From assembly GCF_006345805.1 (NCBI RefSeq), contig NC_043002.1:114080001-114144000 (forward strand): DNA of 64,000 nucleotides. The letters are read 5' to 3'. The position numbers and the translations under genes are program-made. Positions 1-13,254 of this stretch are shown here, in pieces. Position 1 is the stretch's first letter. Each line of letters opens with the position of its first letter. The stretch comes from Octopus sinensis (Eukaryota). The notes below the pieces were generated by a model. It did no database searches. It was not told the DNA's origin and saw nothing but the letters and a program-made list of their open reading frames with translations.

Positions 1-215
1 GTGTATGTATGTGTGTATGTATGTATGTATGTGTGTATGTATGTATGTGTGTATGTATGTGTATGTATGTATGTATGTGTGTATGTATGTATGTATGTGT
101 GTATGTATGTATGTATGTATGTATGTATGTGTGTATGTATGTATGTATGTGTGTATGTGTGTATGTATGTATGTATGTGTGTATGTATGTATGTATGTGT
201 GTATGTATGTATGTA

Positions 216-246
<31 letters not shown>

Positions 247-368
247 ATGTATGTGTGTATGTATGTATGATGTATGTATGTATGTATGTGTGTATGTATG
301 TGTGTATGTATGTAGTGTGTGTGTGTATGTATGTATGTATGTATGTGTATGTATGTTATGTGTGTATG

Positions 369-400
<32 letters not shown>

Positions 401-785
401 TGTATGTATGTATGTGTGTATGTATGTATGTATGTATGTATGTGTGTGTTGTATGTATGTATGTGTATGTATGTATGTATGTATGTGTGTATGTATGGTA
501 TGTATGTGTGTATGTATGTATGTGTATGTATGTATGTGTGTATGTATGTATGTATGTATGTATGTATGTATGTATGTATGTTGTGTGTGTGTGTATGATG
601 TATGTATGTGTATGTATGTATGTATGTATTATGTATGTATGTATGTATGTATGTATGTATGTATGCATGTATGTATATGTGTGTATGTATGTATGTATGT
701 GTGTATGTATGTATGTGTGTATGTATGTGTGTATGTATGTATGTGTGTATGTATGTATGTATGTATGTATGTGTGTATGTATGTA

Positions 786-816
<31 letters not shown>

Positions 817-925
817 ATGTATGGATGTATGTATGTATGTATGTATGTATGTGTGTATGTATGTATGTATGTATGTATGTATGTGTGTATGTATGTATGT
901 ATGTATGTATGTATGTATGTATGTA

Positions 926-960
<35 letters not shown>

Positions 961-1525
961 ATGTATGTATGTATGTATGTATGTATGTAGTATGTATGTA
1001 TGTGTGTATGTATGTATGTATGTATGTGTGTATGTATGTATGTATGTGTGATGTATGTATGTGTGTGTATGTATGTATGTATGTATGTGTGTATGTATGT
1101 ATGTATGTATGTGTGTGTGTATGTATGTATGTATGTAGTGTGTATGTATGTATGTATATATGTATGTATGTGTGTGTGTATGTATGTATGTATGTATGTG
1201 TGGTATGTATGTATGTATGTATGTATGTATGTATGTATGTATGTATGTATGTGTGTGTGTATGTATGTATGTATGTATGTGTGTGTGTATGTATGTATGT
1301 GTATGTATGTGTGTATGTGTATGTATGTATGTATGTGTGTGTGTATGTATGTATGTATGTATGTATGTATGTATGTATGTATGTATGTATGTATGTATGT
1401 ATGTGTGTATGTATGTATGTATGTATGTGTGTGTGTATGTATGTATGTATGTGTGTATGTATGTATGTATGTATGTATGTGTGTATGTATGTATGTATGT
1501 ATGTATGTATGTATGTATGTATGTA

Positions 1526-1556
<31 letters not shown>

Positions 1557-2032
1557 TGTGTATGTATGTATGTATGTATGTATGTGTGTGTATGTATGTA
1601 TGTATGTATGTATGTATGTATGTATGTATGTATGTATGTATGTGTGTATGTATGTATGTATGTATGTATGTATGTGTGTATGTATGTATGTATGTATGTA
1701 TGTATGTGTGTGTGTATGTATGTATGTATGTATGTATGTATGTATGTATGTGTGTATGTATGTATGTATGTGTATGTATGTATGTATGTATGTATGTGTG
1801 TGTGTGTATGTATGTATGTATGTATGTATGTATGTATGTATGTATGTATGTGTGTATGTATGTATGTATGTGTGTATGTATGTATGTGTGTATGTATGTA
1901 TGTATGTATGTATGTATGTATGTATGTATGTATGTATGTATGTGTGTATGTATGTATGTATGTATGTATGTGTGTATGTATGTATGTATGTATGTGTGTA
2001 TGTATGTATGTATGTATGTATATATGTATGTA

Positions 2033-2063
<31 letters not shown>

Positions 2064-2692
2064 ATGTATGTATGTATGTATGTATGTATGTATGTATGAT
2101 GTATGTGTGTATGTATGTATGTATGTATGTATGTATGTATGTATGTATGTGTGTGTGTATGTATGTATGTATGTGTGTGTGTATGTATGTATGTGTATGT
2201 GTATGTATGTGGTGTGTATGTATGTATGTATGTGTGTGTGTATGTATGTATGTATGTATGTATGTATGTGTGTATGTTATGTATGTGTGTATGTATGTAG
2301 TGTGTGTGTATGTATGTATGTATGATGTATGTATGTATGTATGTATGTATGTATGTATGTGTATGTATGTATGTATGTGTGTGTGTATGTATGTATGTAT
2401 GTATGTATGTGTGTGTGTATGTATGTATGTATGTATGTATGTATGTATGTATGTATGTATGTATGTATGTATGTGTGTGTGTATGTATGTATGTATGTAT
2501 GTATGTATGTATGTATGTGTGTATGTATGTATGTATGTATGTATGTATGTATGTATGTATGTATGTATGTATGCATGTATGTATGTATGTATGTATGTAT
2601 GTATGTATGTATGTATGTATGCATGTATGTATGTATGTATGTATGTATGTATGTATGTATGTATGTATGTATGTATGTATGTATGTAGGTAG
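1..2692. repeat. (GTAT)n/(GT)n compound microsatellite, at least 2.7 kb, runs off the window start
   Basis: Direct: continuous gtat units with gtgt variants; the MYVC ORFs are artefacts of it. Confidence 0.99.
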
Positions 2693-3252
2693 GTAGGTGT
2701 GTGCGTGTGTGTATGCATGTGTGTGTGAGACCTGCTATACAGGTCATGAAAACTATCAGCATACATACATACTCACACACATACATATATGCATATATAC
2801 ATATATACATACATACAGTTGATTGTTATTATGTTTCTACACATCTCTAGAAGTATATGCTTTTCCTTTTGTTAGAATTCAGACAATATTGAGCAGTAAA
2901 GAGTCTTGTGGTCTGTTATTCTATTCTACTTAATTATTTTCGATTGAACGTTTTTATTGACGCGAAATTATATAAATTTTCTTTTAAAGATTTGGCTGTT
3001 ATTTCTAGCATGTAGAGAGACCTAGGCTTAACTTCATACGCTGGCTGAAAATCATTTCAAAAAATTCTGGGATCGATACATTTGACTAAAAATTCCTCAA
3101 GATGATGCCCCAGCATAGCCACAGTCTAATGAATGAAGCAAGTAAAAAGAAAGAAAAAAACCCCGAAAAATAATCAAAAAGTATAACCGTGCTTTTGTCC
3201 ACTTTCACACTTTAACTATGGGGCTTTTGCCCGGATCTCGTGCTCAACTTGT

Positions 3253-3345
3253 ACTTATTTTATCGACCCCGAAAGGGTGAAAGGCGAAGTCGACCTCGGC
3301 GGTATTTGAACTCAGAACGTAAAGACGGACGAAATGCCGCTAAGT
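3253..3345 (-). mobile_element. SINE family A fragment
   Basis: Reverse complement of the body of the 4288-4518 copy (gagttcaaat..ccgccgaggtcgact). Confidence 0.8.
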
Positions 3346-4287
3346 TATTACTCCAGGACAATTCCACCAATTATACCAAATCTTTCAGGGGAAGTGAATG
3401 CATCATAGAATTAATCGGTTCTCTATAATTCATACATATTTATTGCCCCAGATGTAATGAAGAGCAATTTTAACCCCATAAAACATGATGAAAACGCTTG
3501 ATAAAATATTGTTCATTCTTATATTGTTATTTTATTCATTTTTTAAAAATAAAGTCTCTTAAATGTAAATGGAATTTTAATAGAAAAATATTCATGGACT
3601 TTATCATTCTCTCTCTCTCTCTCTCTCTCTCTCACACTCACACACACACACAAAGAAAACAACATGAAAGAATTAACAAAGGATATGAGGATCATATTTT
3701 ATCAAGAGTTTTATATTCTAAATAAAGGGTTATTTTCCACCCCCATTCCAAAAAACCGTGGAACACATTTATAAAGGTAAATTATCACCCATTGTATTGG
3801 ATCACAACATTATAAGATTAGCCTTGCCCACGCCTCCAAATGAAATTCATGTTTTTTATTCTCAAAACAGAAAAGTACAAAATTGCCCGGGAAAAATTAC
3901 CCAAATTTTTCTATAATTAGGTGGGATCGCTGCTGCCAATTAATCATAATTTCGTATTCAACGTAGACAGTCAATTTGTCCTAGAAAGAGGCACTAGACA
4001 ATTTGTTTTAGTAAAATAGGGGCCAGCATACACGGGTCAACGTGTAGTTTATCATATAATACCTAGTGTTTTTTAGTTTTTGATTTTTGGTGATAAATTC
4101 CATGTATTTATTACTAATGCGTTGTGAGAAGGCGCCGCATGACCTCATTCAATGAAACTTTTATATTTATGTTACATATAGACGATTCCCATATCAAATT
4201 TTTCGAAGATCCTTTCCATTTTTTATTTATTTTGTAAACAAATAATACAATATTACACAAGCATTTTATGATGTTTCGTTCTTTTCT

Positions 4288-4518
4288 GGCGGCGAGCTGG
4301 CAGAATTGTTAGCACGCCGGGCGAAATGCGTAGCCGTATTTCGTCTGCCGCTACGTTCTGAGTTCAAATTCCGCCGAGGTCGACTTTGCCTTTCATCCTT
4401 TCGGGGTCGATAAATTAAGTACCAATTAACTACTGGGGTAGATGTAATCGACTTTATCCCTTTGTCTGTCCTTGTTTGTCCCCTCTGTGTTTAGCCCCTT
4501 GTGGGCAATAAAGAAATA
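4288..4518 (+). mobile_element. tRNA-derived SINE family A, full length
   Basis: A-box-like tggcagaattgttag, B-box-like gagttcaaattcc, tail gccccttgtgggcaataaagaaata; further copies at 22853, 28216 and 30642. Confidence 0.9.
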
Positions 4519-4539
4519 TCTTTCTTTTCTGGAAACTCG

Positions 4540-4608
4540 CTGCGGACCGGCGGCTGATGGCTCGCGGACCGGCACCGGTCCATGGACCACCACTTTGAGT
4601 AGCACTGC
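4540..4608. mobile_element. hAT/Charlie-like MITE end
   Basis: ggaccaccactttgagtagcactg resembles Charlie-type termini (CAGTGCTACTCAAAGT on the other strand). Confidence 0.55.
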
Positions 4609-4654
4609 TCTAGATTATTTTATAAGGAAGCCTCTACAGGCATATATAATGTAG

Positions 4655-5165
4655 TAAGATGTGCAGGACGTGGTTTTTTTTGTCCTGATACCTCCTTTGT
4701 AGAAGACGTCTCGCTGGTTAATGTGCCACCTATAGGGTGTCCACGATTCTGAGTCAAACAAGAGAGTAGAAAGAACGAGAGATTAATAAATCTGTACTTT
4801 GGTGTCAAGTTTAATGACCTTTTCATTCCATAAGCGATGACGGTGATTACCAAGTGCGTCGGTTGCTTTCGCAAGACGGTTGAGGGAAGCGCTCGAGTTT
4901 ACTTTACTACTAGGATATGTAAATGCCTTTACATACTTTTTCTCCCGTCAATCTGTATAGGAGTGTCAAAGGATATTGTGAACCAGCAGCCACTGATTGA
5001 TCTCCCAAATTGGCTGATCTCTTCTGTCTTCTTTATTATGCAGATGGTTGGTCAAGCCGAGGGCTTTACATACAGAAGAAAAGCAGTCTAGAAGTACCTG
5101 AGTTCCTCCCAGGAAGTCGCAACTAGTGCAGCATCGGCTGCAAAAAGAGGATCACGAATGATACT
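4655..5165 (-). pseudogene. RTE-clade LINE RT fragment
   Basis: Minus strand reads RDPLFAADAALVAT..DCFSSVCKALGLT..RLAKATDALG..RLWNEKVIKLDTKVQIY..VLSTLLFDSESWTPY, with frameshifts. Confidence 0.8.
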
Positions 5166-5224
5166 GGTGCGTAGCAGTGTTTTGGATTGGGTTTTTGGCT
5201 TTTAATTTCACTCACACATACACA

Positions 5225-5700
5225 CACATTTAGATAAAGATAGTTATGGCTGATCTATGGGGTTATCCCGGGTTTTGCGTCCATAAAGCGGTTAGCTTTA
5301 CAGCGTCTCGTCAGACCCTAATGGTCGGTGGCCCATGACTTCTCTTCAAAGTGGGGGAGGAAAAAAACCTCGTGGCTAGTTGTTGAACACACAGACAAAG
5401 AAGGGTTAAGCACAAGGGGTTATCTTCCTTAGACCACTATCTGGAGTCCATCCGGTCAGCTTGCGGGTCCTAGAATTTCAGTAGGAATCTCTTGAGGTGT
5501 AAGCAGGGTCCGAAGACTTGCGTCCTGCGAATGAGTTCTTTAATATCCTCGCCTGTTCAGTTATGCACAGCTCACAATGTTTCTCCCTGTTCATGTAAGG
5601 GTCTGGTTTTACTTCCATGAGATAATGTGTGGAGTCCCTTCGTCCTTCAGGCGCCACACTTGACTGGCTAGAGACGTGGCCTATTGTCTCACCAGGACCA
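5225..5700 (-). mobile_element. Penelope-like element 3' remnant (GIY-YIG C-terminus-like plus decayed hammerhead)
   Basis: PYMNREKHCELCITEQARILK resembles the PLE C-terminal CxxC motif; hammerhead-like core downstream at 5260-5318. Confidence 0.55.
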
Positions 5701-5914
5701 TAAACGAGAATCTGTGGTTGGAGAGGCACTGTTTGAAGGTGTTTCCAGAACAACCGATGCATCTTCAAATACTGCTGCTGGCGATGCTACTACTGTTGAT
5801 GTTGACCGTGTTACTTCCGCTGTTATTGATGCTATTGGTGTTGGTGTCGATATCGTTAATACTGGCGTAAGGGCCATCATCGGTGGCGGGGCTGGTGTTG
5901 ACGCTGTTGTTGCT

Positions 5915-6925
5915 TTGTATATATATATTAAAACTCATAGTTTGTCCGTTTTTCTACCCTTTGATTAAGATGATACAGATTACAAATAAAACAGTAATTC
6001 CCCCTTTAAGAGGGGGGGGGGAGAATCAAGTTGTAAATGTCAATTTGCGTCGGCGACATTTCAAAGATTGATCGCAGCAACCGTCGTCCATCCTTTTTCT
6101 TAGTTTCCTTTTTCTTCCCTAAATCATTTATGCAACTTTTTGGGTGCCGTGGATTGAAAGACAGAAATTCTCCCTATATTTTTACGAGATATTTTTTGAA
6201 TCACAGGTACTTAATTTTTTTTTTTAAGGCGAAAATCAATATTTTATTCAAAATAAAATATTAATCTTTATCATCTTAAGAGAGATAAACGAAGATCATT
6301 TGCAACGGGAGGAGTTCAATCTTTTAAGAATGGATAAAGAAATAACAACAAATGGGTTGTACCTTATAAGGAAATTCTTTTAAGAGCATTCAAATGCCGC
6401 TGCAACATTGAAATCGTTGCCTCAGGGAAGTCAGTTAAGAACGTCATCAAGTACAAGATGAAAGGAAATGACCAAGCTGCTGTTCAAATAAACAATGATA
6501 ACGAAATTAGTCAATATCTAATGGCTGGGTATAGTGGACCATCGGAAGCAGTTGCCTCCATTTTAGGATTTTCAATTCATGAAAGAGTACCTGCAATAGT
6601 GAGACTGCCAGATAAACAAAGAATATTGCTTAGAAATAATGCGGATATCTGTGGCTATCAATGAACAACATATGAAAACAACATTGGCAGAATTCTTTTC
6701 ATTGTGCATCAATGATGACTTTGCAAAAACACTATTCTATGCTGAAGTAGCCATGTATTTCACTTGGAACAGTATTAACAAATAATGACAAAAAAGAAAG
6801 CGGGGAAAAGATGTTGAATGCCATTTGAACATTTCCAAAGAAGAAACACTTGGTCGTGTTTATGTTGTCACACCAAAAGCAGGAGAACTGTATTATTTAA
6901 GAATTTTATTGCATGAAGTTCTAAA
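5915..6925 (+). pseudogene. Helitron Rep-region fragment
   Basis: NKWVVPY..CNIEIV..SVKNVIKY..KGNDQA..EISQYL..GPSEA..ILGFSIHER.PAIVRL..LGRVYVV.P..GELYYLRILLHEV motifs, with frameshifts. Confidence 0.85.
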
Positions 6926-7197
6926 AAATATTTTTGTCTCTTGCTGCTGCGCATCATTTTCAATTTGGAGTGGTTGTGACCAAATGGGTCACGTGTACAT
7001 TTAGTAAATAATTTTCGCAATCCCACCAATCCCTAGTTCTTTACAAAAATTTTCAGCAGAATTAATTAATTAATGAAGCGGAGTTGCCCTAACAACAAAC
7101 AGTTTTGATTTCCGCTGTGAGTATATGACTTAAAATTCATTTGCTAAAAGTACTTAACTGTAAATGCTTTTAACTTCTTTATTATATATATAAAAAA

Positions 7198-7495
7198 GCA
7201 CCATCCGAACATGGCCGTTGCCAGCGCCGCCTTGGCTGGCTTCTGTGCCGGTGGCACGTTAAAAGCTCCAACCGATTGTGGCCAATGCCAGACCCCCCTG
7301 GCACCTGTGCAGGTGGCACGTAAAAAGCACCCACTACACTTGCGGAGTGGTTGGCATTAGGAAGGGCATCCAGCTGTAGAAACTCTGCCAGATCAGACTG
7401 GAGCCTGGTGCAGCCCCTGGCTTCCCAGACCCCGGTTGAACCGTCCAACCCGTGCTAGCGCGGAAAACGGACGTTAAACGATGATGATGATGATT
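7198..7495 (+). mobile_element. SINE family E 3' part with (ATG)n tail
   Basis: Duplicated ggcacgtaaaaagcacc block, aggaagggcatccagctgtagaaac core, acggacgttaaacgatgatgatg tail. Confidence 0.75.
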
Positions 7496-8337
7496 ATAAC
7501 TTTTCCAAAGCACCCCCATTGGCGAGATACTCCACGGGATAGTTGTACATGATACAGCCCAGGAACCGGAGTCAGCCATTTGCTGATTGGACTGCATGTG
7601 TGAGTGGTAGTAGACGAATTTGGACTGCATCTTTTATCCTGCAGCCTTCGCGTCGGCTGATTTCCTCGACACGCCGCTCTGAATGACATAATCAGAAGAG
7701 GCCTTGACACGGCTGGTTTCCCGTCTCAGTTTGAGCTAGGAGTGTGTATGTGTGTGTGTGTGTGTGTGTATCGGTATGTCCTTGTTTTGCGCCAAAATGG
7801 CTTGGCCGAGTTTTCTTAAACTTCACACACACATTGCTTATGTGTCTGGGGAGGTTTTAAGTATAAATTGATTTGGGTAAACGGCAGGAGGAATAACATT
7901 TGGGCGTGTGGTTATTATTTTTAAGCTTCCAAGGGAAATAACCCATTCAGTTTTCAGTATGCTTATTTCTTAGTATTTGAACTATTTTAATTATTTTTTT
8001 CAATTTATCCAAATACAACGCTTAAAAAAGTAAATAGTATTCTCCTAAACAATAGAAATATTTCTTTTGAAACTCACTCTTCAACTTTTATCAATTACAC
8101 GTGTATAGATGTAAATGTTTTAGAGTTACTTTGCTGAAAGAGAACTAGAATTGTGTGGTTGTGTAAAGGAACTGTATGTCTTTATACATACATCCATGTT
8201 TTATATAGCTGTAGATGAAAGCAAAATAGTAGCCATAAAGCCTCTATATGATTACAAGATGTGCTAGATAAAGTGACGAAATCAGCTTCAGAGGTGATTC
8301 TACATTCTCATAAATTATATAGTTCTGTATTCTCTGC

Positions 8338-8338
<1 letters not shown>

Positions 8339-8376
<38 letters not shown>

Positions 8377-8725
8377 TTGTTTATTGGCCACAAGGGCTTA
8401 CATAAAATTACATTAAAATACATACAACATAAAAGACAAAAACAGGATAATACAATGAGTTTTACAATGTGTAAACAATATAAATAATGATTAAAAATTG
8501 AACAATTTACAACCCCCAATAGGGGAGGCGCTTTAAGGAACTTGTGGAAAAACCCACAAAAGTCACAAGTGCCTTCTCCCTTTGTTTACAGGTGCAGACT
8601 CAGAATTGGTCCTTTCACACTGGCCATTCTTCCAGCATTCACCCACCTTTCAAGAAACTTGCTACAAGGCAACACTTCCCCCTCTCCACCCTCAACTTAC
8701 TTTTCAAGTGAAACTGGAAAAAGTT
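8339..8725 (-). mobile_element. Tx1/L1-like LINE 3' fragment with (TTA)n tail
   Basis: Minus strand FFQFHLKSKLRVER matches the ORF2 end of the 42-47 kb element (FHLKRKI); ends gcccttgtggccaataaacaaat(tta)n. Confidence 0.7.
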
Positions 8726-8886
8726 GATGAGGGCTTGGCCAAAGAGGAATAATCTCGAATCGAATGTCTAATTATAGGTCTACTCAATCAAAGTCAACTT
8801 GGGGTTAAAACAAGACAACAACAACAGCAAAAGCAGCAGTAATTCATCCGAATGTCACTATTCGTTGGAATGCTGCTCATATGATC

Positions 8887-9268
8887 GGAGGCGCAATGGC
8901 CCAGTGGTTAGGGCAGTGGACTTGCGGTCGTAGGATCGCAGTTTCAATTCCCAGACCGGGCGTTGTGAGTGTTTATTGAGCGTAAATACCTAAAGCTCCA
9001 CGAGGCTCCGGCAGGGGATGGTGGTGATCCCTGCTGTACTCTTTCACCACAACTTTCTCTCACTCTTACTTCCTGTTTCTGTTGTACCTGTATTTCAAGG
9101 GGCCGGCCTCGTCACTCTCTGTGTCACGCTGAATATCCCCGAGAACTACGTTATGGGTACATGTGTCTGTGGAGTGCTCAGCCACTTACACGTTAATTTC
9201 AGAAGCAGGCTATTCCGTTGATCGGATCAACCGGAACCCTCGTCGTCGTAACCGACGGAGTGCTTCCA
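8887..9268 (+). mobile_element. tRNA-derived SINE family C with 13-bp TSD
   Basis: A box tggcccagtggttag, B-box-like gtttcaattccc; TSD tgctcatatgatc at 8874-8886 and 9269-9281. Confidence 0.92.
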
Positions 9269-10148
9269 TGCTCATATGATCTGTGAATCTGACCAATTTC
9301 TATTTTGCCTGGAAAGAATGTTGCCTAAGTGATCGACCGGATCTGGATCTGGCCAATCACAACCTCACACAGCGACAAATCTCACTTTGGCGTCTTTCTT
9401 TCTGAGCTTCTCGGTAGGTATAAAATGACACACACACACAGCCCAGGACCCGGGACCCGGGACCCGGAGAGCTTTGAGAAAGCGCAGAGAGAACCTTGAG
9501 TTGTAGCAGACATGGTGAACAGATACAGGCAGCGGTTGACTGAAGCTAATACCATTATGACGAACCTACAACAGCAATTCAGAGCTAACCTTTAACATAG
9601 GAACTTTTCACAGAAATACAATGACTAGCAATAACTTCAATTACAACATTTTTTAACTCTCTCAACATTGTCATTATACTATTTTTAATAACATTCCAAC
9701 TCTCTCAACCAGAAATAAAGTTATTAGTAAAATCAACAAATCTCACCATTTTCTTCTGTTGACCTCCAACGCTAGAAACAACAACCAGCACCCCCAACAC
9801 CAGCAGTCAGATACAGCCCCTAGCGTTTAGCAAATCAGCTCAGGTACCAGTAGCATTCCCACATGTTAACAGCCCCAGCTGTGGCAGCAAACATCTCTTT
9901 GCAATATATTTTCTGATCAAAAACATTCTCTTCTCAAGAAGGTACATGAACTTAACCCATTTTTTAAAAGGTAACATTTATCCCCACTTAAACGTAGATG
10001 TTCTTTTAGAACAAACTATACTGCTGGAGATACCATGAGAGAAACTCTCATACTGGCTTTTCGTGCAGAGAGTTTCTCTCATGATATCTACCGCAGTATA
10101 GTTTGTTCCAACAGAACATCCACATTTAAGTTGGGATAAATGGGATAG

Positions 10149-10513
10149 AAGCACTACGTCAGTTACGACGATGAGGGTTCCGGTTGATCCGATCAACGGA
10201 ACAGCCTGCTCGTGAAATTAACGTGTAAGTGGCTGAGCACTCCACAGACATGTGTACCCTTAACGTAGTTCTCGGGGATATTCAGCGTGACACAGAGAGT
10301 GACAAGGCCGGCCCTTTGAAATACAGGTACAACAGAAACAGGAAGTAAGAGTGAGAGAAAGTTGTGGTGAAAGAGTACAGCAGGGATCATCACCATCCCC
10401 TGCCGGAGCCTCGTGGAGCTTTAGGTGTTTTCGCTCAATAAACACTCACAACGCCCGGTCTGGGAATCGAAACCGCGAGTCCGCTGCCCTAACCACTAGG
10501 CCATTGCGCCTCC
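10149..10513 (-). mobile_element. SINE family C, inverted copy
   Basis: Near-identical reverse complement of 8887-9268. Confidence 0.92.
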
Positions 10514-10880
10514 ACTAGGATAAATATTACCCCTCGTTATAAACACTGCCTCTGTCACTAATATATATTTTTATAAAGATTATTAACTTGCAGGTTACAT
10601 AACCCATTTCCTACGCAATCGGTAATCTGTGTTTGTGTGTGGCTGGGGTGTCTTTGGGCATGAATGAACTAGCGAGTCGGAGTATTGATATATGTGCGTT
10701 GGTGTGTATAACTGCGCAGATGGAAATAAATACAAATGTAACAATGAGATTGTATTTAGATAAGATTTATACAACTTTTATCTTTAAATTATCATAAAAT
10801 AACATCAAAATATTTAAGATTACAGTTCAACACAAACATTAATATCAAAGAAACAATACAAATGTACGTATGTATGTATG

Positions 10881-13044
10881 ATTGTTCTAAAAGAACAAAA
10901 AGACTGAATGTTGATCGTCTTAGGTATAATAGTGTGAAGAGAACTTTACGAGAGGAAATGAATGCTGCAGATATTGGGGAGGATTGGCCGACCCTTAAAA
11001 AGTCAGTTTATGATATAGGCAAGAAAGTTCTAGGATTGATACAAAGAAAGCATCAAGATTGGTTCAAAGAAAATGACGACCAAATAGATGATTTATTGGC
11101 TGATAAAAGTCGTACTTTGTCACGCTATTTGTCAGCAAAGCCACAGGAAAGGGAAGTGTTGCATAAGGAACTCAAGGACGTAAAATCACGTGTGAGGCAA
11201 AGGCTCTCTCAGCTGAGGGATACGTGGTGGAGTAAGAAGGCTGATGAGATACAGGCGGCATCAGATTCCAATAACACAAAGCTGTTGTATGGTCTCTTGC
11301 GAGAAGTTTATGGACCGATGTCTTCCCTGATGACACCACTTCGAAGCAGGGATGGTAAAAAACTTCTTCGTAATTCACAAGGAATTCTGCGAAGGTGGCA
11401 AGAACACTTTGATGAACTTTTGAATCAGCAGTCTGTAGTTAGTGAGGATGTTCTCAATCTCATCCCTGGATTGCCTGTGAAGGCAGCACTCGCAGAACCA
11501 CCAAAGTTGGAAGAAATTGCAATGGCTGTCTCAAGGTTGAATAATGGGAAGTCTCCGGGTATGGATGGCATACATGCGAAGTTACAGCATGGTGGTGAGA
11601 AACTTCTGCAGAAACTTCACTCTTTGTTTGGTAAGATATGGACTAGTGAATCTGTACCGAGGACTGGAGAGATTCAGTAATAGTGGTCCTGTATAAAGGA
11701 AAGGGCAACAGGAATGATTGTTGTAATTATAGGGGTGTATCATTGCTGTCTGCTGTAGGAAAGGTTTTATGCAGGATACTTCTGGATCGTCTGCTGAAAT
11801 ACATTGCAGATTGTGTTCTTCCAGAAAGTCAATCTGGCTTTCGTGTGGGACGTGGCACTGCTGATATGATATTTTCAGCTAGACAGCTTCAGGAAAAGTG
11901 TGTGGAACAGGGTCTGGATTTGTATCAGGTTTTTGTCGATCTGACAAAAGCCTTTGATACTGTCAATAGAAAAGCATTGTGGAAAGTCCTCCAGAAACTT
12001 GGGTGTCCTGAAAAGTTCCTTGCTTTGGTTAGGTCTTTCATGAAGACATAATTGAATATTAGAGGGAAGATGTCGGAGCCCGTTTCAATACAAAATGGAG
12101 TGAAACAGGGGGATATTCTGGCACCGACCCTATTTTCCATATATTTCGCAATGGTGTTCTGTATTGCATTCAGAAACTGCAGATACAGTGTTTACGTCCA
12201 TTATCGAACCTCTGGCAGTATATTTAATATCAGGCGCCTTGCTGCAAAAACAAAGATATTTGCCTCTATCATAAGAGACCTTTTGTATGCAGATGATTGT
12301 GAGCTAGTAGCACACACAGAGATTGATATGCAACACATTTTGAATGCATTCTCTGATGCTTGCACTGCCTTAGGATTGACAGTCAATCTCAAGAAAACTG
12401 TTGTCATGCATCAACCTGCCCCTGGTAAGCAGTATAGTGTACCAAATATCTATGTGTATGGTAAACGTCTTATGTAGTCGATCAGTTTGTCTACCTGGGA
12501 AGCACTATTAATAGATATGGCAATGTGGATGATGAAGTTCCATATAGAATTAGGAAAGCAAGTGTTGCTTTCGGAAGGCTAGAAAAGTGCCTCTGGAGTC
12601 AGCGAGACATATGCAGAAAGACAAAGATAAAGGTGTACAATGCATGTGTGCTCCCTTCTCTTCTATATGCCTGTGAGACGTGGGTCACATATCAATACCA
12701 CCTTAAACAACTGGAACATTTCCATCAGATGTGCCTCAGACAGATCTATAGCATTAAATGGAAGGACCACATCAGTGATCTTGAAATATTGGAAGGCTCT
12801 CGGTGTGAAAGTATAGAAGCTCTTGTGTTAAAGCAAAGGCTCAGATGGAGTGGTCATCTGGTTAGGATAAAGGATTCAAGGATGCCAAAACAACTCTTTT
12901 ATGGAGAGTTAGCTAAAGAACAACCTCCACATAAACCACATTGTAGATCTTTAGCTGGACTAAAAAGTCACATTTGATCACAGCACCAGTAACAGTTAAG
13001 CTTCGTGTAATGGCCATACTCGATAACGAGGGGGCAGCCATAAT
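10881..13044 (+). pseudogene. 5'-truncated RTE (BovB-like) LINE with frameshifted RT ORF
   Basis: YRGVSLLSAVGK, QSGFR, FVDLTKAFD, GVKQGD, LLYADD motifs; ~20-bp TSD aatgtacgtatgtatgtatg / aatgtattatgtatgtatg. Confidence 0.95.
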
Positions 13045-13068
13045 AATGTATTATGTATGTATGCATTT

Positions 13069-13237
13069 GCAGGGCCGGCTCAAGGTACTGGCAACTCAGG
13101 TAGTTGCCCGGGGCGCCATATATTAGGGGGTGTCAAGGAGGGCATGACAAAGACAAGGAAATTTCCACGACCGTCAGCTTGTACATGCCAAAGTTCAACT
13201 TGCCCGGGGCGCCAGCAACCATAGGGCTGACTTCCTG
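13069..13237. mobile_element. Short hAT-like MITE
   Basis: Left end cagggccggc, degenerate right end agggctgacttcctg, internal ttgcccggggcgcca twice. Confidence 0.45.
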
Positions 13238-13254
13238 TAGTGTGTATGCATAAT

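Noticed and set aside
1-2810. Long MYVC/YIHT ORFs (up to 696 aa)
   Set aside because: They are translations of the (GTAT)n microsatellite.
4288-4380. tRNA gene (also the heads at 8887, 15323 and 17655)
   Set aside because: A/B boxes only, no full cloverleaf; each continues into a SINE body.
5676-5968. Ala/Val/Asp-rich ORFs
   Set aside because: Low-complexity trinucleotide tract with no recognisable domain.
9445-9468. (GGGACCC)3 repeat
   Set aside because: Too short to interpret.
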